DNA of 64,000 bases. Source: Trichoplax adhaerens. Its lineage: Eukaryota; Animalia; Placozoa. The position numbers were made by a program, and so were the translations under genes. Under the pieces are notes generated by a model, which was given only the letters and a program-made list of their open reading frames with translations, was not told the origin of the DNA and searched no databases. Shown here in pieces: positions 34,577 to 49,600 of this stretch; the first letter of the stretch is position 1; each line of letters opens with the position of its first letter. The stretch spans positions 230,627-294,626 of the forward strand of contig NW_002060963.1 of assembly GCF_000150275.1 (NCBI RefSeq). Reading direction: 5' to 3'.

Positions 34577-37063
34577 GTGTTCTCGTTGTTACAATAAAGC
34601 AATGTATAATAACTATGGTGTAAATATGTTCCCGTAGTAATTTTAATTTGTTATGAAATCATTACAGTAGGTTCATGGAACATTTAAAAGCTATTTTTAT
34701 GGCGTTTCTCTTATACTAATGACAAGTTGTATTTTATGGTGTTGTCTTAAATGTTATGTTATGCTTTACATTTATGATATCTTTAGCTTCTCATAGCAAT
34801 GCACTTATGTAAATACTTCGGAGTTTGCGCTTGTATATAGCGTTCCTGAATGATCTCTTAGAGCAATAGATGAAATTCACCTAATTTTAAATTAAGACGC
34901 CCTTATTTTAGCTTGTATTAGGTTAAGCAACATTTGGTCTTAGTAATAAAGCACCCTACATTCGTATATTGAGATAATGACTAATGCGAAAGATCAGTTT
35001 ATGCGTATTTTAATATTACTGCTTTAGTTGATTGGATTGGCAATACGACTTTCATACCCATGTAATTAAAAGAGCATAATTTATATAGTGAACCGTGTAC
35101 ATTTATAATCATGAAGTCATGATGATAAAGCTGCAAGATTTAGCAAGGTTTCCTCCGTAATCAAATCTTTTCTTTCATTAGCTAAGATCTTTATGAAGTA
35201 CTATAGTTAGCTGTATTGTCTTTCTTAGCCGTTTTCAACATGTATCACGTAACTGTATCAAGGATAGGTTGCCTACGAATATTCTAGTTGCTGAAGACGA
35301 ATTAAATCTTATATGATATACACGCATTAGTCTTTCATGAGTCACAAGCTCTATAGAGGCACATAAAACAATTTCACGAACTTTATTTCAAAATAGTTCC
35401 CCGTTTTTCATAAAAAAAATGGTAAGTATTGAAATAATCCTAAGGTAATATAAATAAACGTAAAATACCAAATTATAACCTTTCTAACGGTTGACATAAG
35501 GGTACTTCATTGCTGCAATATCAAGTGTTTTGACATTGCAATTACTAATTTTGGAGGGTTGATGAGCAATAATATCGCGAGATTGTGCTTAGTACAAAAA
35601 CAATCACGCGCTAAGAGCAATTCAAGTTTACAAGGCACGTGTAAGTGTAAACAGGTTAGCACTCCAGGATAATACTGTATTATGTACGGTGTTAGAAATT
35701 ATTTAGACGAATTTAGATAATAAAGGGTTTAACTTCAAGCTGCCAAACAATGATGAAACGAGAATGCCGAAATAGATGTTAATAAGGCACCAATCCCTTT
35801 AGTCTCTGCAACATTTCTCAGTAGATTTTATGCTAGAATTGCTAAGCTAATTTCGGGGTCTGATACCTATATAGTAAGATTACAATAATTATACATTCTG
35901 GTGGATGCATCATGAAAATACGATGAGATCATTTACGCTGTGTTCTACAGTTATCGCTGCTACGTTCATACTCTGATAGCCCCTCGATTAATGGTATGCG
36001 TCCTGTCTTGAATGTCTTTGCATGAAAGTAGAAAAAAATTTACTTCGTTTTGTATTTATATTCTATTCTCTTAATCTTATGTACACTTAGGAAAATTAGT
36101 GAATATAGCGGTCATTTCGATTAAGATAAAGAAGACTATATTATTTCTTTGTTATTTATTTGCTTAAGTGATGACTTCAATTTTATGAGAATAAAAACGT
36201 AAATTTACTGTTAAAATTTGCCACTAACGTCTTAGATAAATAATAATCTAGGCTCTAGTCATCTACGTAGCTGACAGTATAATGAATAACAAATACATAG
36301 TGAGATTTAATAAAATTCTCTGCACTTTCAGAAGTGATCCTTCATTATGATAAGCTTAATAAAGTTTACGTTGGTATAACGATAAGAAAATAATAACGAG
36401 AGTTAATTACTTATACGAGATCTTGGTAAAACCTATACTTTGATCAGATATTACGATGACTCTTCATTGTAAAAATAATAGATACCTCACCAATTACAAT
36501 TACAATTATAATAGCCAGATAATCGTAGCATACTCGTAAATGAATTTATTTTACAATAATAAACTGGTGACATAGTTACAAGAATACCGAAATTAAGGGA
36601 TAATAAAGTATCTATATTTAATTATTACTAACAATCCAATTCCTGGTGTTTACGTTTTGGACTTGTTTTAAAGGGGTGTAAGCGAATATAACAATAGAAT
36701 TTGGAGCTGCTGTTAAAATTCTATAAACCAATTTTCCGATACGTTAGTCGGAATGATCTACTATTTACAATAAATCTTAGCTATTAATAAATGATAAACA
36801 TATATTTTAATATAATAAATCTGGTAAAAATCCTGTTTTTAATCTATTTGCAAAATACCATTCTCGCGTTATTATTTTACTAGAGTTAAGAATCTTATAG
36901 TAACCCATGTCTATAGAATTGTTGAAAGTTCTATCTTGTAATGATAACATACTTCTGTACTTTATATTAAAAGCCCTAAAATACCAGAATGTAACTGTCA
37001 CAAACTTAACTTGCGAAGTACTATCCTAAACTAATGATTACTTATTCCTATTTCCACTACACC

Positions 37064-37818
37064 TGGAGATCTACTGTGTGGTAGTCCTATACTACTTACA
37101 GTCACATAGTTGGCAGCTTATCTGTGTAGTCGAGAGTTAGTTCAACTACGATAGTAGCCTAAGTCAGTTTCTAATAACTCTTGATCGTTATCTGCACCTA
37201 GTTTATCCTTTTCAAAATTCTCGCTTATCTAGTAAAACTACTATCTTGGCGTTAGCAGTTCTTTGGATAATGTCAATCGCATTAGTTGGATTACCAATTA
37301 TTTATAGTATTAATCAACCGTCAATTAATCGTCTATATTCTAGTAACATTGCATGTTTGCCTTGCAATTTTAATAATCCATATTTATTAACGTGGCTATT
37401 GTGTTATGCTGGATTAACCTTCGTCGTTTAGATTTTTATTGCAATCATGTATGTCATAACTCTATCGACACTGGCAAATTCACGTAAAGAAGCTCATAGA
37501 CGTTTATCAAACACTGATAAAATTATTCGGGCTAAAATGATTACTATCATAGTAACGAATTTAATTTGTTGGCTACCATTATATGTAATATTAATTCGAG
37601 ATTTTGGTTCTGGATTAGACACGCATTCACTCCCATTTATTGCTGTGTTATCATTGCCACTAAATTCATGTATTAACCGGATTCTTTTTACACTCTTTAC
37701 AACTACTTTTATTGATTACATTAACTTGGTTATTGGAAAGTTAAATTGCTGTTCATGTTTAACATTCTTTCGATCAATTCATAAGTCAAATTCAAGGCAG
37801 TCAACTACAAGGGAGTAG
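37064..37818 (+). pseudogene. Decayed class A 7TM domain of LGR/RXFP/GRL101 type
   Basis: GDLLCGSPILLTVT*LAAYL (pre-TM1/TM1, in-frame TAG), then a jump to FLITLDRYLHLVYPF (end of TM3; most of TM1-TM3 missing). ECL2 SSNIACLP, in-frame TAG at 37429-37431, TM6 IIVTNLICWLPLY, TM7 LPLNSCINRILFT (NPxxY degenerated). Confidence 0.85.
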
Positions 37819-37921
37819 GTTAAGGCCTATTTCTAAAGTAAAGTGATTTATATATTTCTGAAGCCTTATTATATGCGATTTCTTTAACCATTAAATATTA
37901 ATATATATCTCAACGAATAAG

Positions 37922-39640
37922 AAACAATGTATAACAATTACAGTAGTCCTAATTTATCTGAGGTAATCCATTTTAAAAGATTCGCAATGTTCAAAATCAA
38001 GTATTTTACGCATTTGCTTTTGCCTAGTACGGTTATTCCGTATTTCTTACTTTAAACCATAAACTATCTTGGCTTTAGCGAGACTAATTTTAAAATCCTT
38101 TAGCAATATCTAACATAATCATAAATTTTATTCGTCTAGTACTTGCTTTAACTATTGTACAATCTGAACTGGATCAGTAGCGTTTACCTTACTTCATATC
38201 GTGACCATTACTAGAGCGAAAGTACGGTAGTGATTTTCATGCAATTTGCAAAACAAACGCATATGACAATTGCATGACATGAACAGCTCTTTCCTTATAG
38301 CATAAAGGCTAGAGTAAACTTTGCTAATACTTAAGGGAGATGTATTTCGATGAGTAATGAATTCGAATAGTCTGCTATTCTTATAGCTAGTATAATCACT
38401 AAAATTATTGAAAATTATATTACATTTATCCAAGATTTATACAGGGTATAGGCATATCATTTATTTATTGTACTTAATATTATCTATCACTAGTAGTACA
38501 GAATAGCCATGTTAAGTAAGATTTTTTGATTAGCTCATATGTACGTATAATTAACTTCGATGCAAGGATTACATCAAAGTCGAATTACCTCATAATTACA
38601 AAGCGAATCATTTCGGTTAGATGCAGTTTTACAACGTGAAAGATAGCTTGCTTTGGAAAAAGGAGATATTATTTTATACATACATCAAATCGTAAAACTG
38701 TGAATTAAAAAATATTTTTAGTTGTTCGTGGTACTGTGAAGGAAATGAATGTAGAGTCGAAATAGATGGTGTCAAGAAGCTATTTCTGAATATATTGTAG
38801 GTCCTATATTTTTAGTATTTATAGTGGATTAGGTACCGTTTGTATTCATGCGGTTGTATTTACAAGATATATTCTCTTTTCTGCAGCGTAACTTGTTATT
38901 AAGCAGATGCCACTGACATAATGCTACTGAGCAATTCCATTCGTTTGCAATCCAATTCCCTAACATCGCAGCAGATTTTTCATATTATTATTAAGATTAT
39001 ACAAGCAATCCAATCTTTGCACCTGAATAATATAGTCCATGGATCAATTGATACCGATGCTGTTGTTCTTCTTATCCCGCCAAAGGTATGTGAAAGCATG
39101 TTAAGGACAGATATTTGAAAATGCGACAGTTCTTAAATATTTAATTTTTCATTAGTTTATTTTTACTTTGATCATGTCCACAATTTGTGCAAATACAATG
39201 TAAATATTGTGTATTTCATTAACAATTTTTAGTGGGTAACAAATTTCAGAGATACAATTCTAGTTATTCGAGTATAATCCTCATTACGGATTAGTTGAAT
39301 TCCTATCACTATTTGTAAACGCTGTTATCTATCCTTTATAGTAATGACATGATATAGGTGATAACTGATTGCTTATTTAACTTTATATTTGGGAACTGAT
39401 TAACGCCTTATTAGACAAATTTTCAAAACGACAAATTAAAAAAATGATCTTCATGAAATATGCAGAGATCGATACCGTCAATTAATGAGTGCAGATATTT
39501 CTGATTTTGTGTTGCTACGCAATGAATTAATTTCATACTCCCAAACGCTGATCGATCAAATGAATAAGAGCCAATTGCGACTAGATAAAATGATACAATT
39601 TAACGAAGATATTAAATCTTGGAGATCGGTGAACGAGAAA
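37922..39640 (+). pseudogene. Protein-kinase-like (pseudokinase) domain exons directly 3' of the 7TM, with in-frame stops
   Basis: Phase-compatible exons 37922-37962, 38567-38796 (DYIKVEL...HFG*MQFYNVKDSLLWKKEILFYTYIKS*NCELKNIFSCSWYC) and 38887-39085 (FVTCY*AD...LTSQQIFHIIIKIIQAIQSLHLNNIVHGSIDTDAVVL), then ~39400-39640 (NALL/TNFQ...MSADISDFVLLRNEL). These resemble kinase subdomains II-VIb, VII and IX. Confidence 0.65.
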
Positions 39641-40367
39641 GTAGGTGTCAAGTTTAATAAACTGTATTAACTATACATAGTTAATTACTAACAACTAGTG
39701 CCTAGTGAAAGCTACAATGATAATAACTAAACCTTGAGTAACAAAAGTACATTCTAAGGTAGTAAAACAGTAATTACTGCCGTAAATTATTATTTTGAAA
39801 GTCCATAAGTAGCTGTACTGACGTACAGTAATTGAACTAAATGCTAAAATTATGACGAAGTTGTAATAGATTCTTTAATTGATGTTCATTAATCTAACTA
39901 ACATTAATCAAATTTAGTAACTCATCGTCAAAGGTGCCGTCAAGGTTTAATTACAGAAAAATAGAGAACCGAAGCAAATTCTAGCTTATCTGTGGATCAT
40001 TATTAGCAATAACTGAAAGGATTTCAAAGTCTACTCGGGGCCAAATGTACTAGATAGCTTTAATTTTTCATTCCCAATAATTAATCTCTGATGACATAGT
40101 ACCGTGAAAATTAGATCAGAAAATCGAGCCCAATAAAAGCGATGAAAGTAACTTGTCGCTCGAGTTCGTACTTTTCTTAGATGTAGTGTTAATGATGAGG
40201 TTAGCCTTTTTAATCTATAGTATAAATATTTGGTCAACATCTGGATACACCGACGGATAGTTATTTTCGTTAACGATTATATTTGTCATAGTGATTTTAC
40301 CATAGTTGTTTAGAGAGTAACTACTGTTTTCTACCTTCCAGCTGATATTGTACAGTCAGCTTAGGAT

Positions 40368-40417
40368 NNNNNNNNNNNNNNNNNNNNNNNNNNNNNNNNN
40401 NNNNNNNNNNNNNNNNN
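40368..40417. other. Assembly gap (50 N)
   Basis: Run of n. Confidence 0.99.
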
Positions 40418-40630
40418 TGTCTGATATAAAGTTTTCTCTTCTATGTCAATTCTTGATCAACACCCAAATAGCATTTCAAATTGAAATTACTTTACTATAC
40501 TTTGCGTTACTGCAGTATACTTGCACTCGCAAGATATCGACAGCTTAATCTGATAACAATAGAAGATAAATTCTGAAGGGCTTTTAAATCAATTAACAAA
40601 ACTAAAAATTTGAATTTGGAAATAAATTAG

Positions 40631-43600
40631 CTATTTAGGACAAAATCCATTAGGAATTATTCAAGCTGGTACTTTTAAACACTTGACCAAATTGCAAATA
40701 CTGTAAGCAATTCACTATGCTCACCTGAAAATTCGGTCAAACTTATGAGCGATAATATCTTGTGTGCTTACAAAAGTTTTAATACTTTAAATCATTACTA
40801 AAATTATTCGTATCTCAAATATTAATGCAGGAGCTTAAGTTATGACGAAATACATCATCTAGACGAAAAATGTTTCGAAGGATTAAACAATCTACAATAT
40901 TTGTAATATGCTTTAATCTCTATTGAGACTGTACTACAAGATTTGAGAATTTTATGATGTTTGATTATTAATGAAAAACTATAAATAATTAAAAATAAAA
41001 CTCACATCGTAAACCATGATCAACTTTTGTTTTAATCGGTAGAAAATTTACTGATAACCCTATTATTCAATTTCCGAAGTATGTCTTCAAACCGTTAAGA
41101 AGCTTGAAAACTCTGTAAGAGTAGTGATAGCATATAATTATATAAAAATAGTATCGTGCTGTGCTCAGTCAATATCACATATTTCGTTTGTGTCTTTGAT
41201 TTAATGAATTATTTGCTATAAAATAACTATCTGGCATTGATAATTCAGTATTTATAATACTTCAATCATTACGATCAAAGTAATCATAAAACTGAATTCT
41301 AATTCTAGAAACATACACGTACACGTACATCTTACCTAAACATCCTTGCACTAATTATGTAAATACAATTGTATACGTGAATCCTTTTCTTGATTTATAC
41401 ACTGCAAATTTAAGGTTTATAAGAATAGGCTACTTTAGTTAAACGGAATGCGCTAGTGTTCTAGCGGGCTTGAAATGTACAAGCTCTATATCACAGAAGC
41501 TGTATTAAAATTACTAGCGAAATCTTCATTTCTTAGCAGAATGTAAGACTGAGATAAGATTTATGAAAAACTGAGCGTCTTGTCATATTTGATACTTATC
41601 GCGGTTATCTTACCATGTTACAAATCAAATTTGTAGAGAAGAAAGTTAGTTACTACTACTAGGAATTATAATATAAGCATACTATTTGGACCTTCCTTCT
41701 TGATATCTACGTGTGATACCAATCGAAATATTGATGATCTCCCATCGTCAGCAGATCGTAATAACTATTAATCTTTCCTTAGACTAAACTATGAACCCCA
41801 AATTTTATTGCTAAATGCATTAATTATTATAAGTATATTTCGAGATAAGTTATCCTATAACAGCTATGCTATCGCCGTTATGTAAAAATTACTCTGAACG
41901 TGCTTAACTCTGATAACATTGTAATTTCAATTTCAGAATTATACTTACAACTAACCTGATCGACTTAGAACCGGAAACCTTGAAAGATTTACGACAGCTA
42001 CAGCATTTGTAAGTAAACTTTACTGTTGGACAATATTCACTCAATTCAATGGAAATACGCATACTATTTGCATATATTGAATTGATCTTGTGTTAAGTCT
42101 TGAAAAGCTGATCTTAATCTCTAAAATTACAATAGTACTGTATTTTTATAGTATAGAAAATAAAAGCATATTGATTAACCTATTTATCATTACTATAGTA
42201 TCTTTTATCGTATTTTAATTGTTAAAAAACTTAGGCTTGAGAGTACATAATCTTTTCTTACATAGCGAAATATTACTTTCAAAGCATATCCAATTTGAGG
42301 GATGGCTTTTGTTTTCTACAATTAAGTGTCTGGCTAATAGCTCTTTTTCTCGAGTACGCACTTTTTGATACTTAAAGCGGCTAAAACTTCTTGTAGAACT
42401 ATTGCTAATTCTTACTTACGGAGAATCCCTAATGGCACTTTTATGAATAATAAAGAACTGATCTATCTGTAAGCTAAACGTTTATGTAAATCGATACATC
42501 TATTTTCTACTAGAAATATTGAATACTATTTCATTATCAAGTCTTTGCATTAATATTTTTCAAGTTTTGTTCTCATTACAGAAATTTGGAAAGTAATAAA
42601 ATTAACTTTTTGAGCAATTATACCTTTTATGGTCTAAACAAGCTCCGCTTTTTGTAGGTTTAAGCTTAAATGAATCATTGTATCAGTGATTCACTGTCGA
42701 CTACAATTTTCTTTAGGTCATAATATGATCTACAGACCATTTTATGGAATTTTATATATATATATACTAGTACTTTTTATTGAATTATTCTGGATTAGAT
42801 TGAAGTAATCTTATAATTATTATTCTTTATTAATCTCTTCTGGTAATAATTATTTATAGACTACTTAATACTGCCCTAAAATTTGATTTAAAGAAAATTG
42901 GTTAATAACATTAAATACGACTATGCTTCATATAGAAATCTAAAGTTAAATCCTATTCAACATGTCATCAATAATCTCAATCTGGTGCTACCGATGCTAT
43001 CGACGCTGTAATTATTCCGAAAACTGTGTTACTAGTGATAATTTACCGTTACAGCAATATATACTTGGGGTTTTCATTTATACGTTTAATTATCAATTTA
43101 CCTTGTAAATTCCATAGCTCATATGAATTTTGTTTCTTTATCGGTGAAATAGATATATCAGCCAATTTCGTAATACTCGATCAGCCATCAAAGCTATGCA
43201 AAATATTTTACATTTGGAAACAATGTAATAATACGTTATATCATAACTTAGTACCAGATTGTAGATTATTAGCTATATTTAAGTAGATTTACTGCAGCGT
43301 AACTTACTAAATTTATTATAAGGTATAACTTTTAATAGTTCATAATCATAGACTGTACATAAAGATTCTATGTTTGAGTACAAATGACCATATACTGTAC
43401 CCTATAGGGTGCTGTGCCATTACTGATGCTATAGATAACAAGAATTGACATGTAACTCATATATTAAGGTATAGATAGTTCATCGTACTGTAGCTAGTAG
43501 GAAATGATATGTGCATAAATACCTTAGCTGTTGGTATAATAATTTGTAAAAGGTCAGTTGTAGTATATGTTGCTAGTAATAGTCCGAATACTTGTAAAAT

Positions 43601-46600
43601 AAATAGAACATTACCATACTGGTTGTAGCTGCAGATGTTTCGAAGAATATATAAGTAGGCAACTTTAGATTCTTTAGCAGTCTTTCTACTTATTTTTCTA
43701 GTAGTTGTAACCGGCTAGAGTAGAGCTGTGCGTACATGAAGTTTGTATAAAGATCTAATAAAGTTCTAATTTTCTACAAATTTTGAAAATTTTGAGATCG
43801 ATTTTATCATATAATATTTTTAAATCCAATTTATTTAAAGGTAAACTTATAATATCAGGTTTATAATAGACATGATTATTTTTTAGCTGTGACAGGAATA
43901 GTACAATATCTATTCATTGTAATACGATTGCTATAATTTCAGTTAGAATTTTAGAGCATCAGTATAGCAAATATACAGTATATTATATTGTAATTACTAT
44001 TATTATGTGGATAAGGGCTTGGTATGAAGATGCTAGTCTGATTTCGGCATTTAAACTCGCTTAAGATTTATTTGATTTGGCTAGGAATGTGGAGTTTGGT
44101 AACATGCGGGACTTAGGTTGCGATCTAATAGCTCAGCTACCGACTCTTCGTAAGATGTAAGTATCAAAACTACCTATAAACTAGTACGTTATTATTTCGA
44201 ATATAAAATTCTAATTCGTATTGAAGAGTAAAGTACTGACTAGAATGGGTAATCTATAGATTATGTAATGAATTTAGCCTACGTTATAGCTAATGATAAC
44301 ACTAAGAGTGTTCTTTCATTCGGTTTATTATATTTGTTACTTCTGCTATTTACAATATTAATAAAGACGTACCAGTAGTTAGATATCTGAGCTGAATACT
44401 GTGATAAAAAATATAACTTTACTGTTACAGCAACATTACTAAAATTCACTTTAAAATTTGCAACAATGTACGATTTTACACAGTAGAAGTTTGATGTTGA
44501 TTATTACATTTATGAGATTTAGCATCTTGTTACCGTTTTCAATACTACTAATAAATGTAATTTGAATTACATTTTAGCAACCTAAAGAATAATCAAATAG
44601 AAACTATTTGCCAAGAAACGTTTCAAAAGCAAATCAGACTAATCGAATTGTAAGCAAAATAAATTAAATTATTAACAGTAACTAAAGCACTTACGAATAT
44701 TACTGTATCTTTATTACTTATCCTGAGGTTTTATGCCAATAGGGACTATATCATGATAGCTTATCGGCTAATGATATTTATGCAGATCTAATAATACTAG
44801 ATATAATTTATTGATAACACGTAAATGATAATAAATATTAATATTGACGATCCACTTCTTGTACATTTTAGAGATTTATCGGCTAACCAGATAAGTGTCC
44901 TGTCAAACAAGACATTCTCTGCTCTGTCATATTTAAAAACCTTGTAAGCAAAGTCTGCTTGAATTAGTGTGATATTATTGCTGTCATGCAGTAGCTTAGC
45001 TCTATAACATGATTAATCCTAAGGAGTACGGTAGTCTAATATTATCCATATGCAAATCCAATAATAGCTAAAATTTTAAGGATTATAAATATATTTATCT
45101 CTTATATCGATATAATTCTCCTGAAAAAAACTGTACTAGCTTAGTGTATAAATTCGTATAAAGTTCTTAATAAAATTTATAGAGAAGTAAGAAGTTGGAG
45201 ATTTTACTAATACTTTTGCTATAATATATGAATAATTTCTAAAATTAATTTAGGAGATTAGCCTTTAATAGGATACAACAACTTTCGGTAGGGATATTTA
45301 CAGGGCTATATTCTTTGGAGAAGCTGTAAGTAAATTATTTGCTAATGTAGTTAATGATTAATCTGCAAAATCGACATGAATGAAGTCCATAGAAATGATT
45401 ATGTAATTTTTATCGTCAGCATTATTCTCTTTATCAATCAAATTAGCTCTTTACTAGTAGTAAGCAAGTACAGACACCGCAATACTTGTACTATTTTGAT
45501 ATCAATTTGTATTGCTAAAGTTAGTAAATACATGCAGTTTTTGATTGGTATTCTGCTTCTATGGCAACATTATAATTGATAAAAATAGTCAAATTGAGGT
45601 TTACTTTCGACATATTACGGGCCAGATCAATTATAATTATGCTAAAAACTTACGCGTGATGTAAATAAATTTAATTAGAGACTTGAGAAACAACGTTTTA
45701 GAATCAATTCCCGAAACTACATGCCATGGTCCATCTAAACTCTATCAAATGTAACTATTGATAATTCTGTTTTAAAATGTTTGTATTGCGAACGTTAAAT
45801 TATGCTACTGAAAAACATGGCTAGATAAAATTATGCAGTACGATATCCACATTCAATATTAATACAGTATTTTCGCTATAATTAAAATAGGATGCTATAA
45901 AATGTTCTTTCGTCATTGTACTGCATAACGTAAAGTAAAATATCATCGCACAAATATTTTACTCTACTTTGTACGTAAAATTCTTTTTTATAACTGTGAC
46001 ATTCATTAATTAATGCATCATCAATATTATAATTTTGTTGTGTGATGAATCATATGTTGACACCTAGCTACTAATTAACTAATATTAAATGTCATAGAAA
46101 TTGTGTTGTGATTCTGGCTATAATAAGTATGTAGACTGGGTTATTAATTAATTACTGTTTTTGCACCAACGAAGTTGGTGAGGATATATAAAGTCTCAAA
46201 GTTCTTAATTGAGAGTTAGTTACGTTAGTCGATGACAGATGGTTATCAGTTGCTAGTCGTAATTGTAAGTTGTGCGTTCAATCGGACATTTTAATAAAAT
46301 AGCTTCTAGAATAAAGTTTTGATCCTTAACGTGAGTAATCTATCGTCTAAGACTCGAATCTAAGTTTGGTTGATTAAAGAGTGCTTAGAGTTAGTTGCTT
46401 AGATAGTTAAGTCTACTTTAGAGGAAAGAATCCCGTTTAATTCTTGTGTTACAATCTCGGTTGTGACAATAACTAATTAAGAAAGTATAGGAAATAAGAA
46501 ATTTTTTCAGTTTGAAGTGCAATGTTGAAGTCCAAAGATTTATTCTTTACATTGATAAGCATAAATAGGCAGTAAAATAAGCGTAGAGCGTAGCTATAGT

Positions 46601-49600
46601 CGAAGGTCATAAGTTTTATAAAGCGATCATGCGTATTATCGGCAATTTATTATTTAGCTTTAATATAATTATGGACTGTTGTCTTTTATAAGTATCATTT
46701 GATACCTTCTACTTTTCGTCGCTGCTGTTTATTCTTTTACAGAAATTTGGATAAAAATCGTCTTAAGAATCTTAACGTAGAAATCTTGCACAACTGTTCG
46801 CAAAGTCTTACCGAATTGTAAATAAATACCAATTCATGGATTGCTATAGTAGATCAGCTTTCGTAAAATAAGGAATTATTCTATACAAAATATTTATGTT
46901 ATTCTTTTATATTCAAGTTCATAAATATAGTGTAACGGATTTTATTAAGCAGATACAATATCGCATTAGAATTAAGTGAAAATATCCACTATAATTTATT
47001 AATATACTAATTATTTAGCTTCTATAGATTTGATAAATTCATGAAGTAGTATCTGTGAGCTGTTGAGAAATTAATATTTCAGACTTTCGTAATGAATTTG
47101 TTTAAAAATATTTCTTACACTAGGTACGCATCTCAGAATTCTATTTCTTACCTTAATACAACATCACTATCAACCCTATCTGCTCTTAAGAAGTTGTAAG
47201 TTACTATCTCAGCAAATTTCTTTAATGTAACTCTTAAAAAAATTAGTACTATTCTTAAATTGTAACAGTTTGGCAAGAATCTCTTTTCAATTATTTGCTC
47301 TTAATTACAAAATCATGATTTCATTCTATTTTAATGTAATCCTAATTAAACTATTGTAAATGGTCACATAATATAAGGAGGAATTTACTTTCTGATTTCT
47401 CTCTAGATTATAATACAAACCTTAGCATAAAAAAAACTTTTATCAGTTGATTTAACGTACATTGCAGCATTGCCTTAGCTAAATATGTCAATTAGATCAC
47501 ATTCTATAATTGTAATCCTCGAAAAACATTGTGACTATCTAACAATGATATTTTATAACTCGAAGGAAGAGATACTATCAGTACGATTTTTACTTATCTA
47601 CGTAATATGGTTGTTGTAGCCGTTATATATGGACATTTTCCTACATATTACGGTATTGATCTACGAATAAGTTGACGTTTTCAAGTAACGAAATCAACAA
47701 CAATACCTTGTCTCGATCAGGATTGCACCACAATAAGAAATAACAGTACTTTCCTTCACTGATCTAACTAACCTATTTCATTACTTGCTAATAAATTAGA
47801 ACTAGTCTTTTAACTCTTGTTTCTGTACTAATATTCTTGATAATACTCTACTTGACATTTACCTAATAAGCAATTCTTTGATCAATGTATATATATATAC
47901 AATTTCACTTTCTCTAGTTATATATCTCAACTTGACATTTATCAGCAAGTTAACTACTTAACTAACCTTCGTTTTATGAATAGTTTCTTACATAGAGATT
48001 TTCTTTAATTAATTACGAAGTTATTCAATATTTCTAATAGTTACAACGTCAATAACTCAATTACACCTTTAAGAATATGCTAAGCAACACCATGCATGAG
48101 AATTAAAGCTTTACAAATAAATATTATATTTAAGATACTACCATTACTGATAATAATTTCGATATGCCTAGTCGGTATATACAAAATATACTTACACATA
48201 TATCATTTGATTAATCAACAAAGTATAAGTTTTGAGTATACTATGGTCAGGCACCTTGATAGCACCTCCAAGAAGTTGCTAAAAGTCAGTAAACAACACT
48301 TGAAGTGTTAATAAGGTTAACAGTTTGTCATAAGAATTCAATTAATATTCCTAATTATAAATCACCTGCACGCAAACAAATTTATAGCCATTAATTAATA
48401 CGCATCTGTCATATGTTCGCTATCGTCATAAAACATCAACTGATAGCAGTATTAATATAGAATTAAAAATAATTGATTTAGATGCAATTAATATTTGCAT
48501 TAGACATGAGAACATGTAATGAAATATTTACATTTATTTGTTGCTTGATTGTTTTTGGAAAGAACATTGGATTATAATCCTATTTCAATAATATCATACA
48601 ATGCCAACGCATCGATCAGACCGTTGCCTCAATTACACGAACTGTAAGATGATAAATAATCAAATTACACTATAAATAACTTCTTGTTTTGAGCTACGAG
48701 AAATAGCTCTTTATATTTACTACCTATGTTACTAGCATTAATTATTACCACCATTAGCTTTAAAATGATTACATTTACTAAAAATTATTAAAATTTACAT
48801 GATAATCAGAGCATTATGACTGTAGCAGAGAAATACATTCGAAGTTAATATCTTTATTTACCATAAATAAGATTTTCGAGCTCATAATATGCGATACTGT
48901 TTAACCGATCACGAAAATCCAAAATTTTTAGAAAATTACAGCTCTATTTGATCTTATACAAACATGATGTAAGCATGGCTCTATTTCTGCCGAATACGAT
49001 AACTAAATACCTCTAGAAAGAACTACTAGATTAATCTAAGTTTTCCAACTTATATACTTTTCGTAGTATTCGTAGCTACAGTCAGCATAGCAACATTCTA
49101 CTATGTTTTACACATTTTACAGCGGACTATCAGTAATCTAATATGGAAACTACTACGGTATTTACGTAGACATTGTTTCTATCAATCGGAGTACGATGGA
49201 CTAGCCATACTCTAATACCTGAATTACAGTTCTATTATTACGTCTAATCTTAACAATAACTCGACACCCTACTGTTTGTAGTCATCTATACTCTAACATA
49301 GAATCTTCCACTAAAGTCTTTGGTTATAAGCTACTAAATATATTTTAAGACAAATAAAGAAAGTCACGCTACCTTACATCATACTAAACATGGCTAATAG
49401 TCTACAATACTAATAATAAGTTATATTACACCATACAAGAGAAATATTTGATTAAAAATTTGGGGAAGGTATAAACAGTAATAGATTTAGAATACGGATA
49501 TTTCCAAATTTTCACGTAAGCAGCCCAATATTAGGTTTTAATGCAATCATTTAGTGTAAAACTTATTCCTAAGAATTTTACTAGTCTTTCAAACGTATTA

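Noticed and set aside
35000-37060. LRR exons belonging to the 7TM pseudogene
   Set aside because: Only vague fragments (e.g. near 36620 and 36815) without clean 72-nt AG/GT cassettes; not supportable.
37429-37431. Programmed stop-codon readthrough joining the two 7TM ORFs
   Set aside because: The same locus has further stops, a TM1-TM3 deletion and a degenerate NPxxY motif, so pseudogenisation is the simpler explanation.
39640-40631. Treating the 7TM-kinase segment and the following LRR exons as one gene
   Set aside because: The domain order would be inverted (extracellular LRRs after a cytoplasmic domain) and a gap separates them; tandem genes are more plausible.
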